Assembly: GCA_046116545.1 (NCBI GenBank)
Contig: CP175956.1
Coordinates: forward strand, 77,219-141,218
Direction of reading: 5' to 3'
DNA from: Candidatus Moraniibacteriota bacterium
GTDB taxonomy: Bacteria > Patescibacteriota > Minisyncoccia > Moranbacterales > GCA-2747515
Length of the DNA stretch: 64,000 nucleotides
This document shows, piece after piece, positions 45,515 through 55,399 of the stretch. The notes under the pieces were generated by a model. It saw only the letters and a list, made by a program, of their open reading frames with translations. It did not search any database and was not told the DNA's origin. Numbering within the stretch: position 1 is the stretch's first letter; each line of letters begins with the position of its first letter. The position numbers and the translations under genes were made by a program.

Positions 45515-46714
45515 TTATTTTAACTTACTTTTTAAATACTCATAATATTCCGCATTCTTTGTATTTTGTGTTGTATATTCTTTTATTGTTTTTTGATATG
45601 CTTTTTGTCCCATTTTGATTCTTAGATCTTTATTTTCTATTAACTGTGCTAGTTTGTCTGTCCATTCTTCTGAGTTTTTTGCTGTGAATCCATCCACTCC
45701 ATCTTCAATAGCATCTTGATATGTTTGATTGTCTATTGCTATTGTTGGAACTTTTACTATTCCTGCCTCAAAAAACTTTAATTCTGACTTTGCTTCACAA
45801 AATGGATTATTATATTCTAATGGCGCAAGATTAATATCACATTGTGCTATATTTGCAAAATGTTTACTACGCTTCACGTAGGGTAATTGTTTAATTCTAT
45901 CTCCAAACTTTTTCACTAAATCATTTTCAACATCCAATGGACCGACTAATAATAACTCTACATTTTTATACTTTTCCATTATTGTCATCAATGGTTCTGT
46001 GATTGTTGCAAAATCTTTGTTGTGGCTTATTGTTCCACTGAAGTAGCCTAGTTTTACTATATCCTCTCGAGATTGCTTCGTCGTCGTACCTCCTCCTCGC
46101 AATGACAATAAAGCTTTTTTTGCACCATCAATATCTTTTTTTGATAATTTATTTTGTACTATGAAAACTTCTTTATTTTCTTGTCTTAATTTGTTTGCAA
46201 GAAATTTTGTGGTTGTGGTTGCGACTTTCACATATTCATCTTTTAATATTTCTCCACCCACTCCATTTTCATAAAGCTTCTTTTCCAGACTATTCATTTT
46301 TTTATAATAATCCATATGTTCTAAATATTTTGGATCATATACCAAATCATCTGTTTCAAAAATGATTATCTTATTTTGTTTTTTTATTTCTTCTACTAGC
46401 TTTGCTATTTTTTTTGTATTTAAAGTTCTATGAAAAATAAATATTGAAAATTTATTTACATAACTAACTAGTCTTGGATTATCTTGTACTGTAACTGAGC
46501 ATTTGAATCCATTAAATTCTAATTCTTCGGCTATATGAGTTGTCCTGTGTAACGCACTATCACCTACTCCACCTGAAATAAATAAAATGTCTCCACTGCC
46601 AACCTTGCGAAATAATGCAAAGAACGCACTTAAAACACGTTTTGAACCATTGATGAGTCCATCTCGTTTTATTACTTGCCACGACTTTCCTATTTTAATT
46701 AAGAATGTATTCAT
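45515..46714 (-). CDS. GT-B fold glycosyltransferase (GT1/GT4-like) with an in-frame family-A insertion in the inter-domain linker
   Basis: C-terminal Rossmann domain with an E-x7-E-like segment (CEAKSELKFFEAGIVKVPTIA). Linker contains LSLRGGGTTTKQSRED. Confidence 0.55.
   Translation of the reverse strand: MNTFLIKIGKSWQVIKRDGLINGSKRVLSAFFALFRKVGSGDILFISGGVGDSALHRTTHIAEELEFNGFKCSVTVQDNPRLVSYVNKFSIFIFHRTLNTKKIAKLVEEIKKQNKIIIFETDDLVYDPKYLEHMDYYKKMNSLEKKLYENGVGGEILKDEYVKVATTTTKFLANKLRQENKEVFIVQNKLSKKDIDGAKKALLSLRGGGTTTKQSREDIVKLGYFSGTISHNKDFATITEPLMTIMEKYKNVELLLVGPLDVENDLVKKFGDRIKQLPYVKRSKHFANIAQCDINLAPLEYNNPFCEAKSELKFFEAGIVKVPTIAIDNQTYQDAIEDGVDGFTAKNSEEWTDKLAQLIENKDLRIKMGQKAYQKTIKEYTTQNTKNAEYYEYLKSKLK
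46068..46106. repeat. Palindromic element family A, unit II, with internal triplet duplications, inserted in-frame
   Basis: gagattgcttcgtcgtcgtacctcctcctcgcaatgac. The tcg and cct triplets are duplicated relative to the canonical unit. Confidence 0.85.
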
Positions 46715-46738
46715 ATTAACTTAAAAAATATTAATATT

Positions 46739-47989
46739 CTACTTATAAAGTATATTTGCTATATTCCTATAATCAATATAATTAACATTATCAATTTTAT
46801 TTAATTGATTTAGGCTGAGCACAAACATTTCTTTCTTTTTATTATTTTTCCCTTCAAAACCTCGTAATACACGAGAATCAATTTGTTTTTTTAGACTTTT
46901 GTATTTAACTTCAACAAGTTTAATTGTTTTTGCACGATCTACAATGAAATCAATTTCAGATTTTGATATCGTTCTATAAAAGAATATTTTATTTTTCACA
47001 TCACTACTTAATTCCAAAAATACAAAATTTTCAAATAACATTCCATTATCTTGCCTATCCTCAATTTCCAAAAAATTGTTCAATATTGCATTACGTAGAC
47101 CTAAATCAGAAAAATATATTTTTGGCATCTTTATAATTTCTTTTCTAATATTATTTTGAAAAGAGCTTACTTTATTCAAAATGAATGTGTATTCCAATAG
47201 CTCTATATATTTTTCAACATTTCTTCTAGAAATATCAGCTGTATTTGATAATTCTGAAATATTCAACAAATTACCAATTTGAGATGCTAATAATTTAATA
47301 ATTATATTAAATTGTGAGATATTATCAATTCTTCCTATGTAACGAATATCTTTATTTATATAAGTATTTACATATTCATACAGCATTTTTTGTTTCAATG
47401 CAAAATCAGACTGCAATACGACAGCGGGCATGCCTCCATATATCAAATATTCATTCAAGTCATTATCAAATTTATTCTTTACTTCATTTGGAATTTCTTT
47501 TTTATCTAAATATTTTATATATTCAACTTGTTTGAATTGTAAAAACTCCTCGAAACAAAGTGGATTTACCAAAAAAGAAACTTTTCTACCCACCAAAGAG
47601 TCCTGTAACTGAGCTTTCAATTCTAAACTTGAAGAACCCGTTGTGATTATTTTTAATTGATCAGAATATTTATCATACAAATGTTTTAAAAAATTTGATG
47701 GATTATCTAAATATTGTATCTCATCTATAAAAAAATAATTTTTCTGACTATCCTTTGTTATATATTTTAATAAATTTTCCGGATCATTATTTAAATCTTC
47801 TAAAATATTTATTTCTTCCAAATTTAAATAAAATATATTATCCTCAGACACTTGTTGTTCTAAGAGTCTCTTTCTTATTAACTTCAACAAAGACGTTTTA
47901 CCCACCTGTCTGGGACCATTTAAAATAATTATTTCTTTCTCAAATAACCATTTATCAATATCTTCTTGTATTTTTCGTGAAAACAACAT
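46739..47989 (-). CDS. AAA-family ATPase with a C-terminal DUF4143-like domain
   Basis: Walker A ILNGPRQVGKTSLLK. Walker B-like FFIDEIQ. About 416 aa, matching the AAA_14+DUF4143 architecture. Confidence 0.65.
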   Translation of the reverse strand: MLFSRKIQEDIDKWLFEKEIIILNGPRQVGKTSLLKLIRKRLLEQQVSEDNIFYLNLEEINILEDLNNDPENLLKYITKDSQKNYFFIDEIQYLDNPSNFLKHLYDKYSDQLKIITTGSSSLELKAQLQDSLVGRKVSFLVNPLCFEEFLQFKQVEYIKYLDKKEIPNEVKNKFDNDLNEYLIYGGMPAVVLQSDFALKQKMLYEYVNTYINKDIRYIGRIDNISQFNIIIKLLASQIGNLLNISELSNTADISRRNVEKYIELLEYTFILNKVSSFQNNIRKEIIKMPKIYFSDLGLRNAILNNFLEIEDRQDNGMLFENFVFLELSSDVKNKIFFYRTISKSEIDFIVDRAKTIKLVEVKYKSLKKQIDSRVLRGFEGKNNKKKEMFVLSLNQLNKIDNVNYIDYRNIANILYK

Positions 47990-48092
47990 ATTTTTTATAA
48001 TAATTGTAAAAACTTATACTATAATATTAACATAATGTGTGAAAAATATCAATAAATCCATTTATACCAAGTTGAACTATTTGACTATACCA

Positions 48093-49214
48093 TTATGAAC
48101 AAAAAATATCATCTTGTTTGTTTAAGTATTCAACTATTTCTGGTCGCATAAATTTACCTGATATTTCTTTTTTATCTTGTAATAATCCTCGCATCTTCGT
48201 ACCTGACAATGAAACCTTGCAATTGTCATCGCATTCACATCCACTTATAAATACATTGTCATCACAGTTATCACAAAAAATTGCATTTTCATATTTCAAA
48301 ATATCTACACCTATATCACCATCCGTAAATCCATCAAAAATATCATGAGCTGCCTGTGGCTCATAATAATCACCTACACCTGCATGATCTCTACCGATTA
48401 TCATATGAGTACAGCCAAAGTTTTGTCTAACTTGCGCGTGAAAAACGGCTTCCCTCGGACCAGCATAGCGCATATATGTGTGAAATGTATTTAAGAAAAC
48501 AGAGTTTTTTGGAAAATACTTTTCAATTAAAATTTCATATGTACCGATAATATACTCGTCTTTTATGTCACCTTCTTTTTTCATACCAATTACTGGTTGA
48601 ATCATTATACCATTTGCATGTTCCAGTGATTGCTTTTGCAAAAATTCATGTGAGCGATGTGGTGGGTTCCGTGTTTGAAAAGCTGATATATATTCCCAAT
48701 TGTTTTTACGAAAAATTTCCTTTGTATCTTCAGGTTTTGTGTAAGCTTCATCATCCATTATAAATTCTTTTCCCTCTACGGTCTTCACATCCCCACTTAC
48801 AAAATATCTTCCATATCCCATAAATCTTTTTACACCTGGATGAATAATGTCATCTGTACCAAAAATAGTTTTTACATATTTATTCTTATTGATTTCATAT
48901 ATTGTAATATTTGTAAGCACAAATTCAGATTCACCATTATAAATAATGATTTCAGATGTAGTAACCAGGTTGCTATTTTCAATCTCTCTTTTCATTACAT
49001 CATCAATATCAAGAATTATAGGCATAGCCCATACCTGCCCATTAACAAGTTTCATTCTGTCACATACACTTTTGAAATCATCTTCACCCACAAAGCCTGT
49101 AAGTGGTGCATATACACCATCTACAATATTTTGTGCTTCTTGCATAATCTCATCAGATACAATTATTTTTTTCATCTTTATTATACTTAAAAATATATTT
49201 ATTACCTCAACCAA
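48093..49214 (-). CDS. sat: Sulfate adenylyltransferase (ATP sulfurylase, Sat type). The true start is probably the internal Met at MKKIIVSDEI.
   Basis: Motifs QTRNPPHRSHEFL and GRDHAGVGDYY. N-terminal PUA-like domain. A Cys-rich insert CDNCDDNVFISGCECDDNC lies near the C-terminus. Confidence 0.85.
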   Translation of the reverse strand: MVEVINIFLSIIKMKKIIVSDEIMQEAQNIVDGVYAPLTGFVGEDDFKSVCDRMKLVNGQVWAMPIILDIDDVMKREIENSNLVTTSEIIIYNGESEFVLTNITIYEINKNKYVKTIFGTDDIIHPGVKRFMGYGRYFVSGDVKTVEGKEFIMDDEAYTKPEDTKEIFRKNNWEYISAFQTRNPPHRSHEFLQKQSLEHANGIMIQPVIGMKKEGDIKDEYIIGTYEILIEKYFPKNSVFLNTFHTYMRYAGPREAVFHAQVRQNFGCTHMIIGRDHAGVGDYYEPQAAHDIFDGFTDGDIGVDILKYENAIFCDNCDDNVFISGCECDDNCKVSLSGTKMRGLLQDKKEISGKFMRPEIVEYLNKQDDIFCS

Positions 49215-49235
49215 ACAAATGCGAATAAAGAGACA

Positions 49236-49284
49236 TTGTCATTCCGGAAGTGAAAAATTAGAATTTTAACTTCCGGAATGACAA
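49236..49284. repeat. Family-D-like palindrome (ttgtcattccggaagtg ... cacttccggaatgacaa)
   Basis: Perfect 17-bp inverted arms around a 15-bp loop, read from the sequence. Confidence 0.7.
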
Positions 49285-49298
49285 CTTTCGTAAAGCCC

Positions 49299-50927
49299 TT
49301 ATTCTGCAACAACTAACTCCTTGCCATTTTCTGTATCCTGTAGCTCAAATATTGTATCTCCTTCAAATTCTAATTCTTTTGTATGTACTTTTCCATCTGA
49401 TGTTATGACTGTGACTTTAAGTGGGATATTTCCAATTCCTGATTGTTTTTGAATTTTTAATTTATAATTTTCTTCTGTAATTGTATTTGGAAGCGTATAT
49501 TGAAGCATTGTTGGTATTGTATCTCCAAGTAATACATCAAACTTATATGTATAGACCTGCTTGTCACCAAATACACCTTGTTCTGACCCAGGTGGTTCAA
49601 ACCATTCTCTTACATACCATTTACTTCCATTTGGCACATACAATCTTGTAAGTGAATGATAATCCATATTGAAATAACTAGGCTGGGTTGCTGTATTTTC
49701 ATATGTCATACGTGCAGTTGCCAATGGCTTAGTAGTAACAAATGTTCCATTCATAACTTGTTCTTTTATGTCTTCACCAATATATCGTACCATTCTACCT
49801 GCCGCTACATCATTTGCCTCTGCGCTCTTCCCTGTGAAATCAACTTTGTATTCCATCGCCCGTTTCATATAATAATCAGACTTCAGAGCTCCTACATTTG
49901 CATCAGATATCATAACGTAATCACCATTCCAATTTGTATCCACTTCACCTGCCCAATTTGCACTACTAGCTAATTGTTGTAACCCTTCATTTTTGAACCA
50001 TAGCTGAATATCTTTTTCGTTTAAACTAGTAGTGACCATCTTTATCATTGGTTCAATATTTTCTAATTTTGCAAGCTTCGGCACAATCGCTTTTGCAATC
50101 ACATCTATCACATACTTTCTTGCAGCTCTTTGACCATGGTTCATTTTTTTCATCTTCTTACCACCTTCATCATATTGACAATCTTCCCATCTATCGTCAT
50201 CATCTGAAACATTTAATTTTTTCAATGCTTTTTCACAAGCCTTTCTTTCATCAGCTCGAAAAACTGGTTCCTCTACTATTTTTTGTAATTTCATCAAACC
50301 TCCATCACTTGTAAATTCACCATATTTTTCATAATCCTTTTCTGTCAATGATATCGGACCAGTAATCGCTAAGATATCTTCAAAAATAGAAGCATTCATC
50401 GCTATGACACCATCAAAATCATTTTCTTGTCCTGAAAGTCCATAGAAATGTTTCGCATTTGAAACATTAGTTGGATAATCTGGAGAGTAATTACTATCTC
50501 TAAACTTCCACTTCTTCGTATCACTTAAATATTTCTGTAAAGCTTCTGGCAAAAACTTGTCTGATTTATATGTATTATCCAGATTATTTGAATCTTCAAC
50601 TTCATACGAAACTATCTCACCATTTTTCACTTCTACAACCGCAAATTGCCCTAAAAAACCTCCTCCAGGACGAAGTTCTAAGTTATTTTGAAGCAATATC
50701 AAATATCTCCTAGTTATATCATCTTGAGCTAACATCTGATTTGCAATATCTTGAATTACACCAAATTGTTCTCTAGTATTTTCATCGAGTTGATCAAATT
50801 TCAAAACATTATCAACAGACTGAATAGTCTTTTGTAATACAGCTCCTTTTTTATATTTAGCGACATACCAAATAATTCCTCCTCCTATCAGTGATATTAT
50901 TAATAAGACAGCAATAAACTTTTTCAT
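49299..50927 (-). CDS. DUF4012-like secreted/membrane-anchored protein
   Basis: N-terminal TM helix. Motifs LILLQNNLELRPGGGFLGQFAVVEV resemble the DUF4012 signature. Confidence 0.45.
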   Translation of the reverse strand: MKKFIAVLLIISLIGGGIIWYVAKYKKGAVLQKTIQSVDNVLKFDQLDENTREQFGVIQDIANQMLAQDDITRRYLILLQNNLELRPGGGFLGQFAVVEVKNGEIVSYEVEDSNNLDNTYKSDKFLPEALQKYLSDTKKWKFRDSNYSPDYPTNVSNAKHFYGLSGQENDFDGVIAMNASIFEDILAITGPISLTEKDYEKYGEFTSDGGLMKLQKIVEEPVFRADERKACEKALKKLNVSDDDDRWEDCQYDEGGKKMKKMNHGQRAARKYVIDVIAKAIVPKLAKLENIEPMIKMVTTSLNEKDIQLWFKNEGLQQLASSANWAGEVDTNWNGDYVMISDANVGALKSDYYMKRAMEYKVDFTGKSAEANDVAAGRMVRYIGEDIKEQVMNGTFVTTKPLATARMTYENTATQPSYFNMDYHSLTRLYVPNGSKWYVREWFEPPGSEQGVFGDKQVYTYKFDVLLGDTIPTMLQYTLPNTITEENYKLKIQKQSGIGNIPLKVTVITSDGKVHTKELEFEGDTIFELQDTENGKELVVAE

Positions 50928-50947
50928 AATGTATGTATTAATATTTT

Positions 50948-51154
50948 TTATTTAATCTCATGATCCTCCCTGACCAACTTTTCATTATTTTTTTGAATCC
51001 CTTTCAAAACATACTCATCTACCACGTCTTCTCCTGATCTTTCTTGTTCACTTTTCTCAAGTTCTCGAGCATTCTTTATAATTTCTTGCTTTTCTTCATT
51101 TGTTATAGGTTCTCTCTTTTTTTTCTCTATTTCATCTGGTGTAAACATTTCCAT
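50948..51154 (-). CDS. Small charged hypothetical protein
   Basis: 68-aa ORF, K/E-rich. Confidence 0.3.
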   Translation of the reverse strand: MEMFTPDEIEKKKREPITNEEKQEIIKNARELEKSEQERSGEDVVDEYVLKGIQKNNEKLVREDHEIK

Positions 51155-51164
51155 AATTATTTCA

Positions 51165-51815
51165 TTATCTTTTTACAATAAATTGTGGCAATATACCAAC
51201 CTCTTTATTTATATCCGAAAATTTATTTCTATCAACTTCATTTGTTAACAACAAAAATTGTTCTAATCTTTGACTTTCTTTCATTGATTGCTCATTTTTA
51301 CAAATTTTCCCTTCGTTTTCTTGAGCTTGTTTTTTTTGAGCTATAAACGGATTTACTTTTATAGGACTTCTCCGACCAACAACTTTTACAGTATTAGTTG
51401 ATGCATCAAAAATTAAAGTGTTTTCTTCTCCTGGTCTAGCAACTATAGTTATTGAAGCAACCTTCTTATCTTTGCTACGAATTTTTTCTTTATTATCATA
51501 TTTATGTTTCATACAATCTTTACATTTGTAAAAATTTATTAAATATGTTCCATTTTTTGCATCGTCAAATGTTGCATGTTTACCAAATTCAACTTCTATA
51601 TATTTTCCGTCCCGAAACATCATCGCTTTATACTTGTCAGTATTACTAGTTCCTTTCACCGTATAGCTAATTGTTGTACCACCGTTTTTGCGTACCCATT
51701 CTGGTGAACGATATCCTTCACCCCACCAAGCATCTGCACTCACAAATTCAAAAGACATTGCAAAAAATAACATCGCTACTAATAAAAATTTTAAATTATA
51801 AGTAATTTTATTCAT
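51165..51815 (-). CDS. Secreted hypothetical protein
   Basis: Signal peptide MNKITYNLKFLLVAMLFFAMSFEFVSA. No family motif recognised. Confidence 0.4.
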   Translation of the reverse strand: MNKITYNLKFLLVAMLFFAMSFEFVSADAWWGEGYRSPEWVRKNGGTTISYTVKGTSNTDKYKAMMFRDGKYIEVEFGKHATFDDAKNGTYLINFYKCKDCMKHKYDNKEKIRSKDKKVASITIVARPGEENTLIFDASTNTVKVVGRRSPIKVNPFIAQKKQAQENEGKICKNEQSMKESQRLEQFLLLTNEVDRNKFSDINKEVGILPQFIVKR

Positions 51816-51817
51816 AA

Positions 51818-54130
51818 TTAATCTTTCTTATATTTGCCACTAAGTGATTCATCCCACAATTTCATCATTGGATCCCTAAAGTTTGGCTTTGCACTTTCAT
51901 CCAATGGCATATCTTTATTTATAAAATGTAATATGCTCTGTCCTCCATATGATGATTTATACCTCTTTTCTAATTTTTCTGGATCCATCTTTCTTGCTTT
52001 TTCTGCTGAAATTTGCTTTCCTGTCCCTTTGTGATAATACTTCATTTCTCCACTTTCGCCCATACCATCTGGACGATTTCCAGTGACCATCATATTACTT
52101 GATGATACTGCCGTATATGGCTTAAATTTTGTATCTGGTAAACTTTCTAATTCTCTTGAAATAAACGTATTCCACAACGGTGCAGCAACCCTTGAGCCGA
52201 TACTCCCAGCTCGCATAAGTTTACCATCATTATTTCCAATCCATACCCCGACAGCTATCTCTGGTGTATAACCAATTGTAAGTGCGTCTCTGTAATCTTG
52301 TGTTGTACCAGTTTTTGCTGCAACAGTTTTACCTGGTACATAAACTGGAGCACTCGGACCAAATACATATGTTCTAGCTTTATTGTCTGACAATATACTA
52401 TTCATCTTTCTGGCAACATCTTCATTTATTACTCTTTCTGATCCTGGGGCAGACCCAATTTCTTTACCATTAGAATCTATGACTTTATGTATCCCATGAA
52501 CTGGAGTCCTTACACCATCATTTGCAAATACAGAAAATGCTCCAACATGCTCAAGTAGCTTTACTTCTCCACCACCTAGCACAAGTGACAAGCCATATCT
52601 ATCTCTCTGGGTAAGAGTTGAGAAACCAAGTGTTTCTGCAAAATCAATAGCATTATCAATTCCAGTCAAATAAAGCATCTTTACTGCTGGTACATTAAGT
52701 GAACCCTGAATTGCTTTTCTTACTGATACAAGTCCATGATTTTGTCCATCAAAATTTTGTGGTATATAATTTTTACCACTTCCATCTGCACCAAAATTTG
52801 TAGGCACATCGTATAATAATGTCTCTGGTTGATATCCCTTATCAAATCCTGCTGCATACACAATAGGTTTAAATGATGAACCTGGTTGCCTCAAACTTGT
52901 CGTAACATTTACCTCTCCATCATTTTCTTTATCAAAATAATCAACACTTCCAACCATCACTTTTATTTCTCCGCTACTTGGTTCAATCGCTACCATAGCT
53001 GCATTTGATGCTCCAAATCCTGGCAATTTTTCTGCATACGCACTAACGTCGTCCTCTGCTCGTCCTTGCATATCATAATCAAGTGTTGTGTATATCCTCA
53101 GACCTCCTCTTCTGAGTACATCTTCTCCATACATTTTTTCTAATTGCTCTCTTACATAAAAAACAAAATGTGGTGCATCAATTTCCTCCTGAAAATTAAC
53201 TAATTTTTCCAATGTGTTTGTATTTAATGCTTCTTGCACTTCCTCATCGCTATACATTTCTAATTCTCCCATCCTCTCTAAAATACTTGTTTGCCTATCT
53301 TCTAATTTTTTTATATTACTTCCATATGGAGAATAATATGTTGTAGCTTTTGGAAGTGATGCCAGCAGAGCTGCTTCATCTATGGTCAAATCTTTTGCAT
53401 CTTTATCAAAAAATACATTAGCTGCTACTTGTGCACCATACGCGTTTGAACCATACGGCACTTCATTTAAATAAAAATCTAAAATTTCATCTTTACCATA
53501 GTGTCGTTCCATTTTTATAGCCAAGACCATCTCCGTAAACTTACGCTTAATAGTTTTATCTCTAGTTAAGAATGTATTACGTACTAATTGTTGAGTTATT
53601 GTACTACCTCCTTGAGCTGCACTACCAGCTATAAAGTTTTTATGCATTGCTCGCATAATTCCAAATGGATCAATTCCTTTGTGGTTATAAAAATTATCAT
53701 CTTCAGCTGCAATTGTTGCATTTCTTAATGTATCTGGTATTTCATTATGTGAAACTACTTTTCTATTTTCTTCTCCATGCATTTTATATAATTCATGTTC
53801 ACCTGTTTTGTCATATATTATAGAAGTCTCTACAATAGCTCTATTTATAAGAGCCTCGGGACTCACAGTTGTATAATAAACATACAAAAATATAACAGCG
53901 ATAGCTAACGCAGTTATAAAACCAAGGTCAAAAATGCTTTTGAAAATTATTGCAAAAAAAGATTTTATCCCTAGCCAAATTTTCTTACCTACTGACTTTT
54001 CTTCTGGAGAAATATCTTTCTCAATTTGCTTTTCAACTTTCGGCTGCTTTTTCTCTACAGCCTTAACAGAAGAAGATTGCTTCTTCTTTTTTTTCTTAGT
54101 TTTCTTCTTTTTTGCATTCTTTTTTCCCAT
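51818..54130 (-). CDS. Class A penicillin-binding protein (PBP1A; glycosyltransferase GT51 + transpeptidase) with a poly-lysine N-terminal tail
   Basis: GT51 motifs EDDNFYNHKGID and RKFTEM. Transpeptidase motifs SSFKP (SxxK), SLN and KTGT. N-terminus MGKKNAKKKKTKKKKKKQ, then a TM helix. Confidence 0.9.
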   Translation of the reverse strand: MGKKNAKKKKTKKKKKKQSSSVKAVEKKQPKVEKQIEKDISPEEKSVGKKIWLGIKSFFAIIFKSIFDLGFITALAIAVIFLYVYYTTVSPEALINRAIVETSIIYDKTGEHELYKMHGEENRKVVSHNEIPDTLRNATIAAEDDNFYNHKGIDPFGIMRAMHKNFIAGSAAQGGSTITQQLVRNTFLTRDKTIKRKFTEMVLAIKMERHYGKDEILDFYLNEVPYGSNAYGAQVAANVFFDKDAKDLTIDEAALLASLPKATTYYSPYGSNIKKLEDRQTSILERMGELEMYSDEEVQEALNTNTLEKLVNFQEEIDAPHFVFYVREQLEKMYGEDVLRRGGLRIYTTLDYDMQGRAEDDVSAYAEKLPGFGASNAAMVAIEPSSGEIKVMVGSVDYFDKENDGEVNVTTSLRQPGSSFKPIVYAAGFDKGYQPETLLYDVPTNFGADGSGKNYIPQNFDGQNHGLVSVRKAIQGSLNVPAVKMLYLTGIDNAIDFAETLGFSTLTQRDRYGLSLVLGGGEVKLLEHVGAFSVFANDGVRTPVHGIHKVIDSNGKEIGSAPGSERVINEDVARKMNSILSDNKARTYVFGPSAPVYVPGKTVAAKTGTTQDYRDALTIGYTPEIAVGVWIGNNDGKLMRAGSIGSRVAAPLWNTFISRELESLPDTKFKPYTAVSSSNMMVTGNRPDGMGESGEMKYYHKGTGKQISAEKARKMDPEKLEKRYKSSYGGQSILHFINKDMPLDESAKPNFRDPMMKLWDESLSGKYKKD

Positions 54131-54132
54131 AC

Positions 54133-55323
54133 CTACACAGAACTAACTAATTGTTTATAAATATCATCTAATTTTTTACCAATTTGATTCCAATCAAACT
54201 TCTCAACATCCAGTCTGGCACCATTTGCACACTTATCTAAAAGCCCTCTATCATTATAAAAATTCTCAATCGCAACACTTAACGAACTAGCATCTACAGC
54301 GTCTATAAATTGTGCACTACTATTTGATAAATATTTGTGATTTGTTGGTCTATTTACACAAATTATTCCTACGCCTGCAGCCATGTATTGCAATAATTTT
54401 CCACTTGCCTGATTTACCGTGGCATCCTTTGGGTCAATAGCTATATCTGCCACACTATTTACTTGGGCTAATGTGAAATAATTAAGTGGTGATATTACCT
54501 TCACGTTTTTTTCCAACTTTCTTGTTTTTATATATTTTTTAACCCAACTAGCTGGATAACCACCCAACACAAATTGCACATCTTCATGTTTTTTTATAAC
54601 AAATGGAATTGACTCTAAGATATGATTAATTCCTTTATTTTCTATGAAAGCACCCGTATAAACAATTACAAATTTATTTTTTGCAATTTCATATTTTTTC
54701 CTCATAGCAAATTTATCTAGATCCTCGTCATAATCAGAAATATTTACACCATCCCATAAATAAGTTGCTTTTTTGTCATCTCTTGCATTTTCTATCGTAG
54801 CTACATTCTCTTCCCCACTCACTACAGCCACATCGCCCATACTACTTATCCATTTTTCTAATGAACGAAAAATAGTTCCAATTGGTGGAACTCCCAAATA
54901 TCCATGAGACCGCATTTCACCAACCAAACTTCCATGAAAATCTGAAACTAATGGTAACTTTCTGCCAAAAAATAAAATTTGCATCAATCGCCCAATCAAA
55001 ATACCTTCATGCAAATGTGAATGTACAACATCAGGTTTCCAAGAACGTATCATATTAAATGATTTCACTATGAGAAAAATATTCAAAAGTACCTTTTGCC
55101 AATCAGGTCCTGCCTCTGTTTTTTTATACCAAAAAAGCCACCTACGGATACGCCGTACGTCAATATTTGTATCTATAAAATCAGTAATATCATCACCATT
55201 GTGATAAGTCACAATCATGATTTTGTGCCCTAATCGTTCCAATGCCCGAGCTTCTTCTAAAATTCGAATATGTGTCCCCCGATGCGAAAAAAACGGTGTC
55301 GGTGCAATCATTAAAATCTTCAC
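54133..55323 (-). CDS. GT4-family glycosyltransferase
   Basis: N-terminus ILMIAPTPFFSHRGTHIRILEEARAL. GT-B two-domain layout of about 396 aa. Confidence 0.65.
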   Translation of the reverse strand: MKILMIAPTPFFSHRGTHIRILEEARALERLGHKIMIVTYHNGDDITDFIDTNIDVRRIRRWLFWYKKTEAGPDWQKVLLNIFLIVKSFNMIRSWKPDVVHSHLHEGILIGRLMQILFFGRKLPLVSDFHGSLVGEMRSHGYLGVPPIGTIFRSLEKWISSMGDVAVVSGEENVATIENARDDKKATYLWDGVNISDYDEDLDKFAMRKKYEIAKNKFVIVYTGAFIENKGINHILESIPFVIKKHEDVQFVLGGYPASWVKKYIKTRKLEKNVKVISPLNYFTLAQVNSVADIAIDPKDATVNQASGKLLQYMAAGVGIICVNRPTNHKYLSNSSAQFIDAVDASSLSVAIENFYNDRGLLDKCANGARLDVEKFDWNQIGKKLDDIYKQLVSSV

Positions 55324-55399
55324 GAAACCGACTGTTTACAAGTAATTTCTATACTAAAAATAACACATTTTTTTAGTTCTGACAAACTATTTGCAAATA

